Below are positions 42,278 to 53,323 of a stretch of DNA of 64,000 nt, piece after piece (position 1 is the stretch's first letter; each line of letters begins with the position of its first letter). Source of the stretch: Nitrososphaeria archaeon (GTDB lineage Archaea; Thermoproteota; Nitrososphaeria; JACIWG01); the NCBI GenBank assembly GCA_050011875.1, contig JBEKIG010000002.1, positions 96,001 to 160,000 on the forward strand, given 5' to 3'. A model generated the notes under the pieces. The model saw only the letters and a list, made by a program, of their open reading frames with translations, was not told the origin of the DNA and searched no databases. Made by a program: the position numbers and the translations under genes.

Positions 42278-43495
42278 ATGAAAGTAAGTCAAGGTAACGG
42301 TGGAAACAAAATTTTTCTCATATTCTGCGCTATTGGAGCGTTCGCAATCCTAAGCTCGACGATGTCAAAGGACCCTGTCCTTAATCTTTTCTCTAAAAGT
42401 CTTGGAACTCCTGATGCCTTGACTGGTTTTGTTGCAGCAGCTTCCACTATACCCGGAATATTGGTGAGTTTGCCTGCAGGCTCCCTTTCAGACATTCTGG
42501 GTAGGAGAAAGTTACTCCTCATTTCAAGCTTTGTGTTCGCATCAGCACCCTTTCTCTATCTTTTGATAGGTACTTGGTGGCAACTTGTGCTTGTCCGATT
42601 CTACCATGGTTTCGCTACAGCGATTTTTGTGCCTGTAGCAAATGCTACAATAGCAGAACTTTTTCCACAAAAAAAGGGGGAACGCATTTCAGCCTTTTCC
42701 TCAGCCACTTTAGTTGGTCGAAGCATAGCGCCGTTTCTCGGCGGATACATCTTAGTAGTCACGAACAACAACTTCAACACGCTCTACCTTGCCGTAGGAG
42801 TCGCAGGATTTACAGCTTTGATAGTCACAATACCATTCCTTTTCAGGCAGGGGGTATCTTCGGATAAAAAGTATTCAAAAGGTACGACTTCAATTATGTT
42901 TAAAGACTGGAAATCGATTGCAAGAAACCGTAGCGTTCAAATTGTGAGCTTTATCGAGGCAACGCAATATTATGCTTATGGCGCCATTGAGTATTTTCTT
43001 GTTGGATACTTAAATAATGTTGGAATGAACTCTTTTTCAATAGGAATTATAACCGGCGGTTACCTTCTTATAGTTCTTATCTTTACACCTATAGTCGGTC
43101 GATTCTCAGATAGAGTTGGAAGAGGAATTCCTATCATCTACGGAACAATTATAGGTGGTCTTCCACTCTTAGCTATTCCATTCTTGAAAAACTTTACGCT
43201 CTTACTTTTTCTTGCACTAGTTTACGGTTTCGGGTTCTCGATGGTTACTTCAACAATACCTGCTTTAGGTAGTGAGCTTGTAGCAAAGACACAAATAGGC
43301 ACCTCAATGGGTTTTATAAGTACGATAATGGACGTCGGCCAAACGTTAGGCCCTATAATATGTGGTTTTATACTCAGTGCAGGGTTAGGTTACATCGGAC
43401 TTTTTGCATCATTAACAGTTCTTTTGCTGCTTTCATGCGTGATATTTTCACTTTCAGGAATGGCTAGATCGAAAAACACCTCCGATAACCTGTAG
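42278..43495 (+). CDS. MFS transporter
   Basis: Multiple hydrophobic helices; GSLSDILGRR and GRFSDRVGR motif A. Confidence 0.9.
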   Translation: MKVSQGNGGNKIFLIFCAIGAFAILSSTMSKDPVLNLFSKSLGTPDALTGFVAAASTIPGILVSLPAGSLSDILGRRKLLLISSFVFASAPFLYLLIGTWWQLVLVRFYHGFATAIFVPVANATIAELFPQKKGERISAFSSATLVGRSIAPFLGGYILVVTNNNFNTLYLAVGVAGFTALIVTIPFLFRQGVSSDKKYSKGTTSIMFKDWKSIARNRSVQIVSFIEATQYYAYGAIEYFLVGYLNNVGMNSFSIGIITGGYLLIVLIFTPIVGRFSDRVGRGIPIIYGTIIGGLPLLAIPFLKNFTLLLFLALVYGFGFSMVTSTIPALGSELVAKTQIGTSMGFISTIMDVGQTLGPIICGFILSAGLGYIGLFASLTVLLLLSCVIFSLSGMARSKNTSDNL

Positions 43496-44368
43496 ATTTT
43501 TCCAAGCCTCTTCTGCAAGAAATAAATGGGAGAAAATGGTTAAACGCTTTGTGCATTCGATTCATCTAAAAACTGTTGATTTCAAATAAAATTGAATAGT
43601 TAACTATTATAATTAAAACTATCAGGATTTAGTGTTCTAAAACGCATGAAATGATATTTTAGCAATTGGAACAAAAAACGTGATGAAAGCAAGTAAAAAA
43701 GAAAAAATAAAGAGTGTGATAAGTCTTTTTGGGAACATGTTAAGTTTTATTCTTAATTTTTTCATATCCAGTTTTAATCTTTACGCAATACCTTTTTCCT
43801 TTTCAACATTTTTTAATATCTCGAGCAATGTTGTTTGGCAAGTTCATGTTTCAAGTTTCTTTACAGGATTACTTCCTTCATTATTTCTTCTCCTTAAAAT
43901 TGAGCCATTTACAAACAGAAACGCTTTACTTTTTTCTTCATAGGATATTTCTTCATTTATTATCAAAAAAATAGGGGTTAGAGAATATAGTGTTTCTTTC
44001 GTTTTTTCTCTTCTATTTTGGGCGTTAAACCCATTTCTTCTTCAATTACGTCTATGTCTTTCCATGGCATGTTAAATCGCTGTGTCCACACTACCCAGAG
44101 GACTGCTATTTACATGTTTTTTTTTACATTTATTAATTAATTAATAAAAAAATTTGCACAATATAACAGATATAGAACGAGCAGTAATAAACAAAGATTA
44201 GCAGACGAATACCATGATAAATATCAGTTACATATATATAACCTTGGTGAAGAATATAATATGAGTGTTCATTATGTGGATTTGCTTCTAAATCTATATG
44301 CGAACCAAGTCGATGATTTTTTCATAAAAGAGATGAATAAGACAATAATAAAAGTGATAGTGAACTAA

Positions 44369-45076
44369 TTGTTTATGGCAATTGTGCAGGATAATGTAAA
44401 TAAGCTGGTTCTTTTTGACATTGATAACACACTACTGAATGGATCGGAATGCCACAAGCTAGCATTCAATGAAGGTATTAAAGTCGCATACGGGGTTGAA
44501 ACTTCAATAGATACTATTGATTATTTAGGAATGACAGATATGGAAATTATTTACGAAGTACTCAAAATCCATGGATTTGCTGAACAGACAGTTGTTTCGA
44601 AACTGCAAGAATGTATCGGCATCATGGCGGACACATTTAATAAATGTGCTTTTAATTATCAGATCAAAGTTTTAGATGGGGTTAAAGAATTGCTGGATAA
44701 ACTAATAACAAGTCGGGTAATAATAGGTCTTGTTACAGGAAACATCGAGCCCATTGCTTGGAGGAAATTACAGATTACAGGACTTGACAGCTATTTTAGT
44801 CTAGGAGGCTTTGGAAGTGACGACGTAAAGAGATCAAATCTGATAAGGTTAGCGATCAGAAGGGCAGCTGATAAATTTGATTTCAAGTTTAACGATAACG
44901 TCTATGTCTTTGGCGACACTCCTAGAGATATAAGAGCCGGGAAAGAGGCCCGCGTTAAAACCGTGGGAGTAGCAACGGGCCGCTTTACGAAAGATCAGCT
45001 GAAGGAAAATGGTGCAGACGCTGTCTTTCCCGACCTCAGTGACACATCCAGCGTGCTAAAGGTAATTTTAGAATAG
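44369..45076 (+). CDS. HAD-superfamily hydrolase (phosphoglycolate phosphatase-like)
   Basis: LFDIDNTL, VTGN, GDTPRD, VATG. Confidence 0.88.
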   Translation: MFMAIVQDNVNKLVLFDIDNTLLNGSECHKLAFNEGIKVAYGVETSIDTIDYLGMTDMEIIYEVLKIHGFAEQTVVSKLQECIGIMADTFNKCAFNYQIKVLDGVKELLDKLITSRVIIGLVTGNIEPIAWRKLQITGLDSYFSLGGFGSDDVKRSNLIRLAIRRAADKFDFKFNDNVYVFGDTPRDIRAGKEARVKTVGVATGRFTKDQLKENGADAVFPDLSDTSSVLKVILE

Positions 45077-45095
45077 AAAAAAACGATGATGACGT

Positions 45096-45791
45096 TTGCG
45101 ACAAGACGGGTACCTTGACATCAAAGAAGAAAATATTAAGATAGAATACAACGTGAAGATTTCACGCTCAAGGTACATCTATCTAAGGTTTAAACCAGAC
45201 CTAAAGCTAGAAGTTGTTGTACCCTACTACTCTCCAAAGAATGCTGAGGCTATCGTAAAAGAGAAAAGCTCTTGGATTCGAAAGAAGTATAAGGAACTAC
45301 TTCAAAGAAAGAAGATTTTTGACGGTAAAATGTTGCTGGTCGACGGCGAATATTATACGGTCACACACAATTTCTCTGATAGGAAAGAAATTACGTTAAC
45401 GAATAATCTACTTATCGTGGAAACAAACGAACAGAATATAATACCAATAATCAAATCTTGGATGAGGATGAGGACAGAAGCTTACCTTAAAGCGAATCTG
45501 CCCCTTTTCGCAGAAAAACTAGGAGTGAAATTCACATGTTTTAAAGTGAGAGACGTATGTAGATGGGGGTATTGTAATAAAAGGCGTGAACTCTTTTTCA
45601 GTCTACAGCTGTCTTCGCTATCAAACGAGCTTAAGGATTATATTCTGTTACATGAGCTTCTGCATTTGATAGAATTTAACCATTCAAAAAAATTCCATAA
45701 ACTGATAGAAAAATACTGTCCAGATCGTAAAAGGTTGGAGAAGTCTCTCAATCAGGTTACAACCATCAGAAGAGGGAAAAATTGCATATAA
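45096..45791 (+). CDS. YgjP/DUF45-like zinc metallohydrolase
   Basis: RWGYC, YILLHELLHLIEFNHSKKF. Confidence 0.85.
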   Translation: MRQDGYLDIKEENIKIEYNVKISRSRYIYLRFKPDLKLEVVVPYYSPKNAEAIVKEKSSWIRKKYKELLQRKKIFDGKMLLVDGEYYTVTHNFSDRKEITLTNNLLIVETNEQNIIPIIKSWMRMRTEAYLKANLPLFAEKLGVKFTCFKVRDVCRWGYCNKRRELFFSLQLSSLSNELKDYILLHELLHLIEFNHSKKFHKLIEKYCPDRKRLEKSLNQVTTIRRGKNCI

Positions 45792-45821
45792 TTAACTTCA
45801 AGTCAGTATTGAAGTCCTTTG

Positions 45822-46076
45822 TTATCCTTTCCTTTGCCTAAACATAATATAGCTGATGGCTATCATCAATATCATTATCGTCAAACCAATCAATATTAAT
45901 AGATCTCCATGTTCTCCTGACCCGAACACTATTGGAAACGGGCCAATGAAAATGATAATTCCAGTAGAGACGCTTCCCGATCCTCCAATGAGAGAACTGA
46001 AAAATATTATTAAGGTTCCAATAAAAGCGAAAGTAACACCAAGAAGAATTAGGCTGGTTGGATTAAGCCTGATCAA
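45822..46076 (-). CDS. DUF131/TIGR00304 small membrane protein
   Basis: GIIIFIGPFPIVFGS; probable TTG start at 46076. Confidence 0.75.
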   Translation of the reverse strand: MIRLNPTSLILLGVTFAFIGTLIIFFSSLIGGSGSVSTGIIIFIGPFPIVFGSGEHGDLLILIGLTIMILMIAISYIMFRQRKG

Positions 46077-46081
46077 ATGAT

Positions 46082-46345
46082 TCACCTCAAAAAGAAAGAT
46101 AGTGAAAGCAACATCAACACTATAGCAAGGATTAGTGCGACAACAGCCCATTTTGAACTAGTTCCGAAAACTATCGGAATAGGGCCAATGAGCACAACAC
46201 CTCCTCCTTCAACTTTGGCATTTTCTTTTTTAAGGCCGCATGTTGAGGCAAGTATCACTCCTAAGAAAACGAGTGCAACACCGAATATAAGTAGCACAAA
46301 TCCGATTTCTAATAGCATTTCATTTTCCTCCAATAGATGTAACAC
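46082..46345 (-). CDS. DUF131/TIGR00304 small membrane protein
   Basis: GGGVVLIGPIPIVFGT. Confidence 0.85.
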   Translation of the reverse strand: MLHLLEENEMLLEIGFVLLIFGVALVFLGVILASTCGLKKENAKVEGGGVVLIGPIPIVFGTSSKWAVVALILAIVLMLLSLSFFLR

Positions 46346-46575
46346 TTTATTAGTCTTACCATTTAATTCCTTCCATTATCCATCTTATCAGTATTTAATT
46401 CACATAGTTGAATGCTATATCTTACTATCAAAACGATGATAATTTTAGCTCGACGAGAAAGTTCAAAATTTTGTAAGAAAATCTACTACTGCTATGTTAA
46501 AAGGACGTCGTCAGCAGCATGGTTTCGTAAAGTTTAATTAGTAAAATGTAAACCTAAACCTTAGGTCTAAACGTT

Positions 46576-47838
46576 TTGAAATCAAGAGAAAGGGTTACGC
46601 TCGCTTTAAATCACCAGAAACCGGATCGCGTACCTCTCGACCTTGGAGGCAGTGCTGTGACCGGAATGCACGCCAGCATCGTATATGCCCTGCGTCAAGC
46701 TCTAAAGCTAGATCCGCCTGACAAGCCTGTCAAGGTGATTGAACCGTACCAGATGCTTGGCGAAATAGGACCAGACCTCCAAGAAGTGTTAGGTGTAGAT
46801 ATTGTTGGACTAAACAGCAGATCTACAATGTTTGGCTTTAAAAACGAAGTATGGAAGCCCTGGAGGCTTTTCGACGGCACACCGGTTTTAGTACCAGATA
46901 AATTTAATATAGAACCCGATTTAAAAGGCGATATCTTAATGTTTCCTCAAGGTGATGCAACTGCATCAGCATGTGCTAAAATGCCTAAAGGTGGCTTCTT
47001 CTTCGACGCAATTAACAGGCAACTCCCATTCGAATGGAACAAGCTGGATGCTGCGGATAACCTAGAAGAATTTGGAGAAATATCCAAAGAGGAGCTTGAA
47101 TATTATAAAAGGGAAACAGACCGTCTTTACAACGATACAAACATGGCGATATTTGCAAGCTTTGGTGGTACAAGTTTCGGTGACATAGCACTGGTCCCTG
47201 GACTAAATTTAAAGAACCCAAGAGGAATAAGAGGCGTTAAGGAATGGTACATGTGCCAGATTATTAGACCGGATTATGTTTCAAAGATTTTCGAAAAACA
47301 GTGTGAAATAGCAATAGCTAATTTGGAGAAGATTAAAAAGTCAGTAGACAATAAGATAAACGTAATTTTTATAACAGGAACCGATTTCGGGACTCAGGTC
47401 GGCCCCATTATGTCAGATGCAACATATCGCAAATTATTCAAACCCTACCACAGAATAGTTAACAGCTGGGTGCACGAACACACCCTTTGGAAGACCTTCA
47501 TCCATTCCTGTGGATCTGTTGAACATTTTTTGAAAGATTTCATAGATGCAGGTTTTGACATATTGAACCCAGTTCAGACGTCTGCTGCGGGGATGGATCC
47601 CCAGTTACTTAAGATGAAATACGGTGACAAAATAGTTTTTTTGGGCGGAGGCATTGACACCCAAAGAACACTACCCTTCGGTAGCGTCGAACAGGTGAAG
47701 AAGGAAACTATAGAGCGGATTAAGATCTTTGGCAGTAATGGAGGCTTTATCTTTAATACAATCCATAATGTTCAACCGAAGGTTCCGGTGCAAAATGTTT
47801 TAGCCATGTATTCGGCTTTAAAAGAATATGGATCTTAG
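46576..47838 (+). CDS. Uroporphyrinogen decarboxylase/methyltransferase-fold protein
   Basis: SRERV...PDRVPLDLG, GTDFGTQ, HSCG, NPVQ, GGGIDTQ, HNVQ. Confidence 0.85.
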   Translation: MKSRERVTLALNHQKPDRVPLDLGGSAVTGMHASIVYALRQALKLDPPDKPVKVIEPYQMLGEIGPDLQEVLGVDIVGLNSRSTMFGFKNEVWKPWRLFDGTPVLVPDKFNIEPDLKGDILMFPQGDATASACAKMPKGGFFFDAINRQLPFEWNKLDAADNLEEFGEISKEELEYYKRETDRLYNDTNMAIFASFGGTSFGDIALVPGLNLKNPRGIRGVKEWYMCQIIRPDYVSKIFEKQCEIAIANLEKIKKSVDNKINVIFITGTDFGTQVGPIMSDATYRKLFKPYHRIVNSWVHEHTLWKTFIHSCGSVEHFLKDFIDAGFDILNPVQTSAAGMDPQLLKMKYGDKIVFLGGGIDTQRTLPFGSVEQVKKETIERIKIFGSNGGFIFNTIHNVQPKVPVQNVLAMYSALKEYGS

Positions 47839-48120
47839 TCGGAACCTTTTACAGAAGAATAGATACAAAATTTCGTTCAGATATGAAAGCGGGATATGAA
47901 TTTTGAAGAAGGAAGCTAAAAGAATTGGAAAGCAAAATGAACTAAGCATACCGATATACTAACAGGGTCAAAAAGAAAAGTTAAGGCGATCAGGACCTTA
48001 ACGGTAAGGATCGTTAAAGAACCCTTTATCCTTTAGATTTAAAGACAACTACCTATTTAACTGGGAACAGCCTATAAACACGCTTAAAGAAGGCTTTAAC
48101 CTTTAAATCACTTCATGCGG

Positions 48121-48314
48121 TTAAAGGATTAAAGCTTTAATTTAAAGGATTTAAAGAAATTTAAAGAGATTTAAAGAACAGTTAAAGGGTTTAAAGGCTC
48201 TTTAAAGAGTCTTTAAAGGATAGTTTAAAGGAATTTAAAGACTTTTAAAGGCTTTAAAAAACCAGTTTAAAGAGATTTTAAAGAAAATTTAAAGAGCTGT
48301 TAAAGGATTTAAAG
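48121..48314. repeat. Phased TTAAAG array (19 units, mean spacing ~10.4 bp)
   Basis: TTAAAG starts at 48121, 129, 142, 151, 161, 171, 182, 191, 202, 213, 225, 235, 245, (254 TTAAAA), 267, 278, 289, 300, 309. Confidence 0.9.
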
Positions 48315-48354
48315 ACAAAACTTTTATTCTATTGTTTAGACCCTAACTATTCGA

Positions 48355-49272
48355 ATGCCTGAAAAAACTGATAAAATATGGTTGGACGGTAAGTTTGTCG
48401 ACTGGGAAGAAGCAAAGGTCCACGTTTTGGTTAATGGTCTACACTATGGTACAGGAGTATTCGAAGGTATCAGATGTTATAAGACAGAAAAAGGCTATGC
48501 CATCTTCAGGCTTAAAGAACACATTAACCGATTTTACAATTCAGCAAAAATATATTTTATGACCTTACCATTTTCCAAAGAGACCATTGTTGACACAATA
48601 AAAGAACTAATTAGATTAAATGGGTTAAATGAATATTACATCAGGCCCATCGCTTTCAGAGGTTTTGGTCCGGGAACCTTAGATAGCCGTCAACATCCAG
48701 TGCAGGTTGCCATCGCTGTTTGGCCTTTAGGAGCTTATCTAGGTGAAGCAAAGGAAAAGGGTGCTAGGTGCACATTTTCTTCTTGGGTCCGAATTCAAAA
48801 TTCTATGCTTCCAATGATGGCTAAAGCAACTGGTCAATATCTCAACTCAGTTTTAGCTTCTACGGAAGCTCATATGAAAGGTTTTGATGAAGCTATAATG
48901 CTGGATTCAAGGGGATTTGTATCAGAAGGGCCAGGAGAAAACCTGTTCCTAGTTAAGGATAGCGTAATATTCACTCCATCGAGTGCATCATCTATCCTTT
49001 TGGGTATTACTCGTGATACAATTATTAAGCTTGCTCAGGATTTAAAATACAAAGTTGTCGAAAAAGACGTTTTAAAGGAGGAGGTTTTCTTGGCAGATGA
49101 ACTATTCTTTACCGGCACAGCCGCTGAAGTTACTCCAATAGTGGAGGTTGACCATCGATTGATAGGCGAAGGAAAAGTTGGCCCTGTCTCCAAGACTTTA
49201 AGAAAGAAATTCTTCGAAACAATACGAAGTGCTGACGTCAAATATAAGGAGTGGCTTGAGTTTATCGAATAA
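48355..49272 (+). CDS. ilvE: Branched-chain amino acid aminotransferase
   Basis: LHYGTGVFEGIRCY, AKATGQY, EGPGENLF, GITR, TGTAAEVTP. Confidence 0.95.
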   Translation: MPEKTDKIWLDGKFVDWEEAKVHVLVNGLHYGTGVFEGIRCYKTEKGYAIFRLKEHINRFYNSAKIYFMTLPFSKETIVDTIKELIRLNGLNEYYIRPIAFRGFGPGTLDSRQHPVQVAIAVWPLGAYLGEAKEKGARCTFSSWVRIQNSMLPMMAKATGQYLNSVLASTEAHMKGFDEAIMLDSRGFVSEGPGENLFLVKDSVIFTPSSASSILLGITRDTIIKLAQDLKYKVVEKDVLKEEVFLADELFFTGTAAEVTPIVEVDHRLIGEGKVGPVSKTLRKKFFETIRSADVKYKEWLEFIE

Positions 49273-49422
49273 CTCCCAAGGATCAAATAGTATTAGCGTA
49301 CCATATTTTGGAATTCTATTTTATTATCCAATACGAACCTGACAATCTATGGCATATAAATAGGAAGATTTATTAGAATAATTTATGAACCTCTTCTTCT
49401 ATGAAACCACTAGAGATATTTT

Positions 49423-51024
49423 GTGTGGGTTACAAAAGCAAGACTTAGAATGTCCTCCTCTGAATTTAAATCATTACGTAAAGGAAAAAGTGTTGAGATC
49501 TATGACACAACATTGAGGGATGGCGCACAGGCAACAGGTGTAGCATTTTCTCTCGAAGACAAACTGAAGATAACAAAAAGGTTAGACGGCTTTGTGGATT
49601 TCATTGAAGGCGGTTGGCCGAGTTCAAATCCCAAAGACTTGGAATATTTTAAGGCTGCTCGAAAGCTTAAACTCAGTTCCAGAATATCTGCTTTTGGAAG
49701 CACGATGAGGGTTGGTCTGGACCCTGAAGATGACGTAAACCTGTCGAACCTATTGCAGGCCGCCGATGTGGTCGCAATATTCGGAAAATCCTGGGGGTTA
49801 CATATTAGAAAAGTTCTGAGAACAACACCGTCAGAAAATCTGAGGTTGATTAAGGAATCTGTGAACTTCATAAAAAAGAATGGCGCAACAACAATTTACG
49901 ATGCTGAACATTTCTTTGACGGTTATGTTGATGACAGAGAATACGCTCTAAAAACACTCGATGCCGCTGGATCAGCAGACGTAATAGTGCTCTGCGACAC
50001 TAACGGAGGCAGAACACCTTCAGAAATATATAGAATAGTACAGGATGTCAGAAACAGGGTCAATAAACCTCTGGGTATACATGCACATAACGACGCAGGA
50101 TGCGCTGTAGCCAACACTCTTATGGCTGTAGAGGCAGGAGCGAAGCATGTACAAGCAACCGTTAATGGCCTAGGTGAAAGAGCTGGAAACGCAGACCTAA
50201 CATCTGTTTTGCCGGCTCTTAAATTTAAGATGGGTTTAACTGTGAAAGATCTGAGAGGTTTGACCCGTTTATCGAGCTTTGTATATGAGATCGCTAATAT
50301 CCAAAATGATCCTTATCAGCCGTACGTAGGTAAATACGTCTTTTCACATAAAGGTGGAATACACGTAGACGCTATGCTAAAGAGTGATCAAAGTTATGAG
50401 CACTTGAATCCAGGTCTTGTGGGAAATAGCAGGAACGTTTCCGTTTCCGAACAGTCAGGCAAGGCCAGCATTGTCGCAAAAGCTACCGAGTTTGGATTAA
50501 AACTTAATAAATCTGACCCTAAGGTTGAAGAAATATTGCAGAGCGTAAAGGAATATGAGAAAGACGGTTACAAATTCGAAAACGCTGAAGGCTCTCTTTA
50601 CCTTCTTATGTTAAGGAAGCTTGGTCCTAAAAAGAATCTATTCGACGTCGCCTCCTGGACAGCTATAGTATATAGCGATGGAGATAAAGTCGTAGCTGAT
50701 AGCACCGTAACAATAAGGGTCGGGAAAAAAATCATTCACACCGCGTCGCAAGGGAATGGCCCCGTACATTCATTGGATCTCGCTTTGAGAAAAGCTTTGA
50801 AGGAAGTATACCCACAGGCTGAAAAGATGAAACTTGCAGGATACCGAGTTAAGGAAATCGATTCTGACAAGGGGACGGCTGCCAAAGTTAGGGTGCTCAT
50901 CGATTTTTCTAACAGTCACAGAAGTTGGAGCACCGTGGGTGTGTCGGAAAATATTCTTGAGGCTTCGAAGATAGCGTTGATTGACGGATACAGGTATTTC
51001 CTAGTTATAAAGCAAAAAGATTAG
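49423..51024 (+). CDS. cimA: Citramalate synthase (likely start ATG 49450)
   Basis: DTTLRDGAQ, IEGGWP-SNPKD, FGKSW, YDAEHFFDGY, HKGGIH typical of the CimA subgroup of the LeuA family. Confidence 0.85.
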   Translation: MWVTKARLRMSSSEFKSLRKGKSVEIYDTTLRDGAQATGVAFSLEDKLKITKRLDGFVDFIEGGWPSSNPKDLEYFKAARKLKLSSRISAFGSTMRVGLDPEDDVNLSNLLQAADVVAIFGKSWGLHIRKVLRTTPSENLRLIKESVNFIKKNGATTIYDAEHFFDGYVDDREYALKTLDAAGSADVIVLCDTNGGRTPSEIYRIVQDVRNRVNKPLGIHAHNDAGCAVANTLMAVEAGAKHVQATVNGLGERAGNADLTSVLPALKFKMGLTVKDLRGLTRLSSFVYEIANIQNDPYQPYVGKYVFSHKGGIHVDAMLKSDQSYEHLNPGLVGNSRNVSVSEQSGKASIVAKATEFGLKLNKSDPKVEEILQSVKEYEKDGYKFENAEGSLYLLMLRKLGPKKNLFDVASWTAIVYSDGDKVVADSTVTIRVGKKIIHTASQGNGPVHSLDLALRKALKEVYPQAEKMKLAGYRVKEIDSDKGTAAKVRVLIDFSNSHRSWSTVGVSENILEASKIALIDGYRYFLVIKQKD

Positions 51025-51097
51025 CCAGAGTAAAACGTAGTATATAAGATGCAAATTAATAGAAGATCAGGTGCGCCCTCTACACTGAATTATCCGA

Positions 51098-52795
51098 TCA
51101 ACTTTGTAAAATGCAGCCTATACTTGCTGAGCTAACATCTCGGCTATATCTAAGCAGGAACTTGGATTTCATTTCCTTACCCTTATATTTCCAGTTTGCC
51201 TTTCTTTCCTCAACTTCTTCTCTGTCGACCAACAGATCTAGCCTTCTTTTTGGGACATCAATTTTTATCATGTCTCCGTCTTTAACGATTGCAATCGGAC
51301 CTCCCACCGCTGCTTCAGGTGATACGTGCCCAACTGCGGGCCCCCTACTACCACCGGAGAATCTACCATCTGTAACAAGAGCTATATCTTTGTCAAGGCC
51401 CATTCCTACAACAGCGCTGGTTGGGCTCAGCATCTCGCGCATTCCTGGACCACCTTTGGGCCCTTCATATCTTATGACGAGGACTGACCCTTTCTCTATG
51501 TGTCCGTTGATTATCGCATCGAATGCTTTCTCTTCTCCGTCAAAAACCTTTGAGCTTCCTTCAAATACGAAGTCATTGTCTTTCAAAGCCGCAGTTTTCA
51601 TTACAGCTCCTTCAGGGGATAGGCTTCCTCTGAGAATGGCTAATCCTCCGGAAGGACGAACCGGATCATCGATACTATGTATTACGTTGGAATCTAATAT
51701 CTGAGCTTTGCTTAATATCTCTCCAACCGTCTTCCCTGACACCGTTGGATTCTGAAGGTTAAGTTTAGACTTAAGTCTCAGCATAAGGGCAGGAACACCG
51801 CCGGCTCTATGTAGATCTTCGACCATGTATTCTCCTCCTGGATAAATAGGCGCTATATGAGGTACGGTTCTGCTTATTACGTCGAAGTCGTCAAGTTTGA
51901 GTTCCCCTCCTGCTTCACTGTTTATTGCAAGAAGATGCAACACCGTGTTAGACGACCCCCCAAGAGCCATATCCACCATTATTGCATTTTCAAAGTTTTT
52001 CCTAGTCATGAACTGACGAAAATTACAGCCTTCCCTAATTAGCTCGACAGCGCGTACACCGGTTTTATAAGCCAGCTCTCTTCTTTGCGGACTTTCGGCT
52101 GGGCAGGTTCCAGAATAAGGCAATGACAGGCCCATTGCTTCAGATAATATAGCCATCGTGTTTGCCGTGAACAGACCGCTACATGAACCGGGTCCAGGGC
52201 AAGCTTTCCTCTCAATCTCCAAGAGATCACAATATTTCATCTTACCCTTCTCGTATTCTCCTACCGCTTCGAACACGTCTATGAGACCCACTTTCTTTCC
52301 GTGAAACCTTCCAGCTTTCATCGGGCCACCTGTAATAAGTATGGAGGGAAGGTCTAATCGGGCGGCGGCCATCAACATGCCCGGTGTTATCTTATCGCAA
52401 TTCGATAACATAACTATGCCATCGAGTGCGTGAGCTTTCATCATTATCTCAACGGAATCTGCGATCACTTCTCTGGAGGGAAGTGAATATTTCATGCCTT
52501 CATGGCCCATTGCTATTCCATCGTCTACAGCTATCGTGTTGAACTCGAATGGCACCCCTCCAGCGTCCTTTATCCCTTTTTTCACATACTGAACAAGTTT
52601 TCTTAGATGTATGTGTCCGGGAACAATCTCTGAATAACTGTTAGCTATGCCTACGAATGGTTTTTCGAAGTCTTCATCTCGAAGTCCAACAGCCCTTAAC
52701 AGTGAACGATGAGGTGCCCTTTCAGCCCCTTCCTTTACACGCCTGCTTTCCATAAAAAAATCAACAACCTGATCTTCATATATAAACGTATCCAT
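51098..52795 (-). CDS. ilvD: Dihydroxy-acid dehydratase (likely start ATG 52753)
   Basis: [45 protein letters not shown]. Confidence 0.95.
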   Translation of the reverse strand: MDTFIYEDQVVDFFMESRRVKEGAERAPHRSLLRAVGLRDEDFEKPFVGIANSYSEIVPGHIHLRKLVQYVKKGIKDAGGVPFEFNTIAVDDGIAMGHEGMKYSLPSREVIADSVEIMMKAHALDGIVMLSNCDKITPGMLMAAARLDLPSILITGGPMKAGRFHGKKVGLIDVFEAVGEYEKGKMKYCDLLEIERKACPGPGSCSGLFTANTMAILSEAMGLSLPYSGTCPAESPQRRELAYKTGVRAVELIREGCNFRQFMTRKNFENAIMVDMALGGSSNTVLHLLAINSEAGGELKLDDFDVISRTVPHIAPIYPGGEYMVEDLHRAGGVPALMLRLKSKLNLQNPTVSGKTVGEILSKAQILDSNVIHSIDDPVRPSGGLAILRGSLSPEGAVMKTAALKDNDFVFEGSSKVFDGEEKAFDAIINGHIEKGSVLVIRYEGPKGGPGMREMLSPTSAVVGMGLDKDIALVTDGRFSGGSRGPAVGHVSPEAAVGGPIAIVKDGDMIKIDVPKRRLDLLVDREEVEERKANWKYKGKEMKSKFLLRYSRDVSSASIGCILQS

Positions 52796-53224
52796 CCTCG
52801 AACCTGTATCAACTATTATACCGAAGGATTCCTTAAATCTTAAAGGAGACGATTGAGCATAAGACTAATATTCTCATAGGAACAGTTACTCCGACTTTGT
52901 TGTGTGCTTATCAATAGATTTTCACCCAGATTCAAATTTATTGATCTAAACAAGAGAAGGTAAAATGGGTTGATAATCTGATAAAAAACAGAATTTCAGC
53001 AAAAGCTGCAGGTAAAGACCTTTGGTAGCTGATGCCAAGAAGCTCACTAACCTTAATTTAAGTACGATTACGCCGCAATCAAAAAGATCTTCTAATCAAG
53101 GAACTTGGGATGAAAATTTTTAACTTAAGCATATGCCCCATTTTGATAGAACGATTACATTATCCAAATTAAGTACCTCATCACCGATAAGTTTATTAAA
53201 ACAGTCTTCACTAGCCGATGAGCA

Positions 53225-53296
53225 ATGCATATATTGGTTAGTGGAAAGAGGCGAGTGCTTGGGCACTTAATTGTCCTTTTAATCCCTCTTATTTAG
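53225..53296 (+). promoter_or_regulatory. Putative Ile/Leu/Val-rich leader peptide (uORF) of the ilv-leu operon
   Basis: MHILVSGKRRVLGHLIVLLIPLI*; 13/23 branched-chain residues; TTTATTAA box at 53192-53199; ends 27 nt before ilvB. Confidence 0.65.
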
Positions 53297-53323
53297 ACCA
53301 CACGATTTTATTTATATTGGAAA

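Noticed and set aside
43680-44110. Short ORF fragments between the MFS and HAD genes
   Set aside because: AT-rich, interrupted, no recognisable family; cannot support a call.
48121-48314. TTAAAG array as a CRISPR or coding repeat
   Set aside because: Units are 6-7 bp with linkers of a few bases, not 25-45 bp repeats with unique spacers; no cas genes; reading frames are interrupted by stops.
49380-49450. Leader peptides upstream of cimA (MKPLEIFCVGYKSKT) and of the gcl-like gene (MPYTAFYQ, ~63100)
   Set aside because: No enrichment for the pathway's amino acids; likely chance ORFs.
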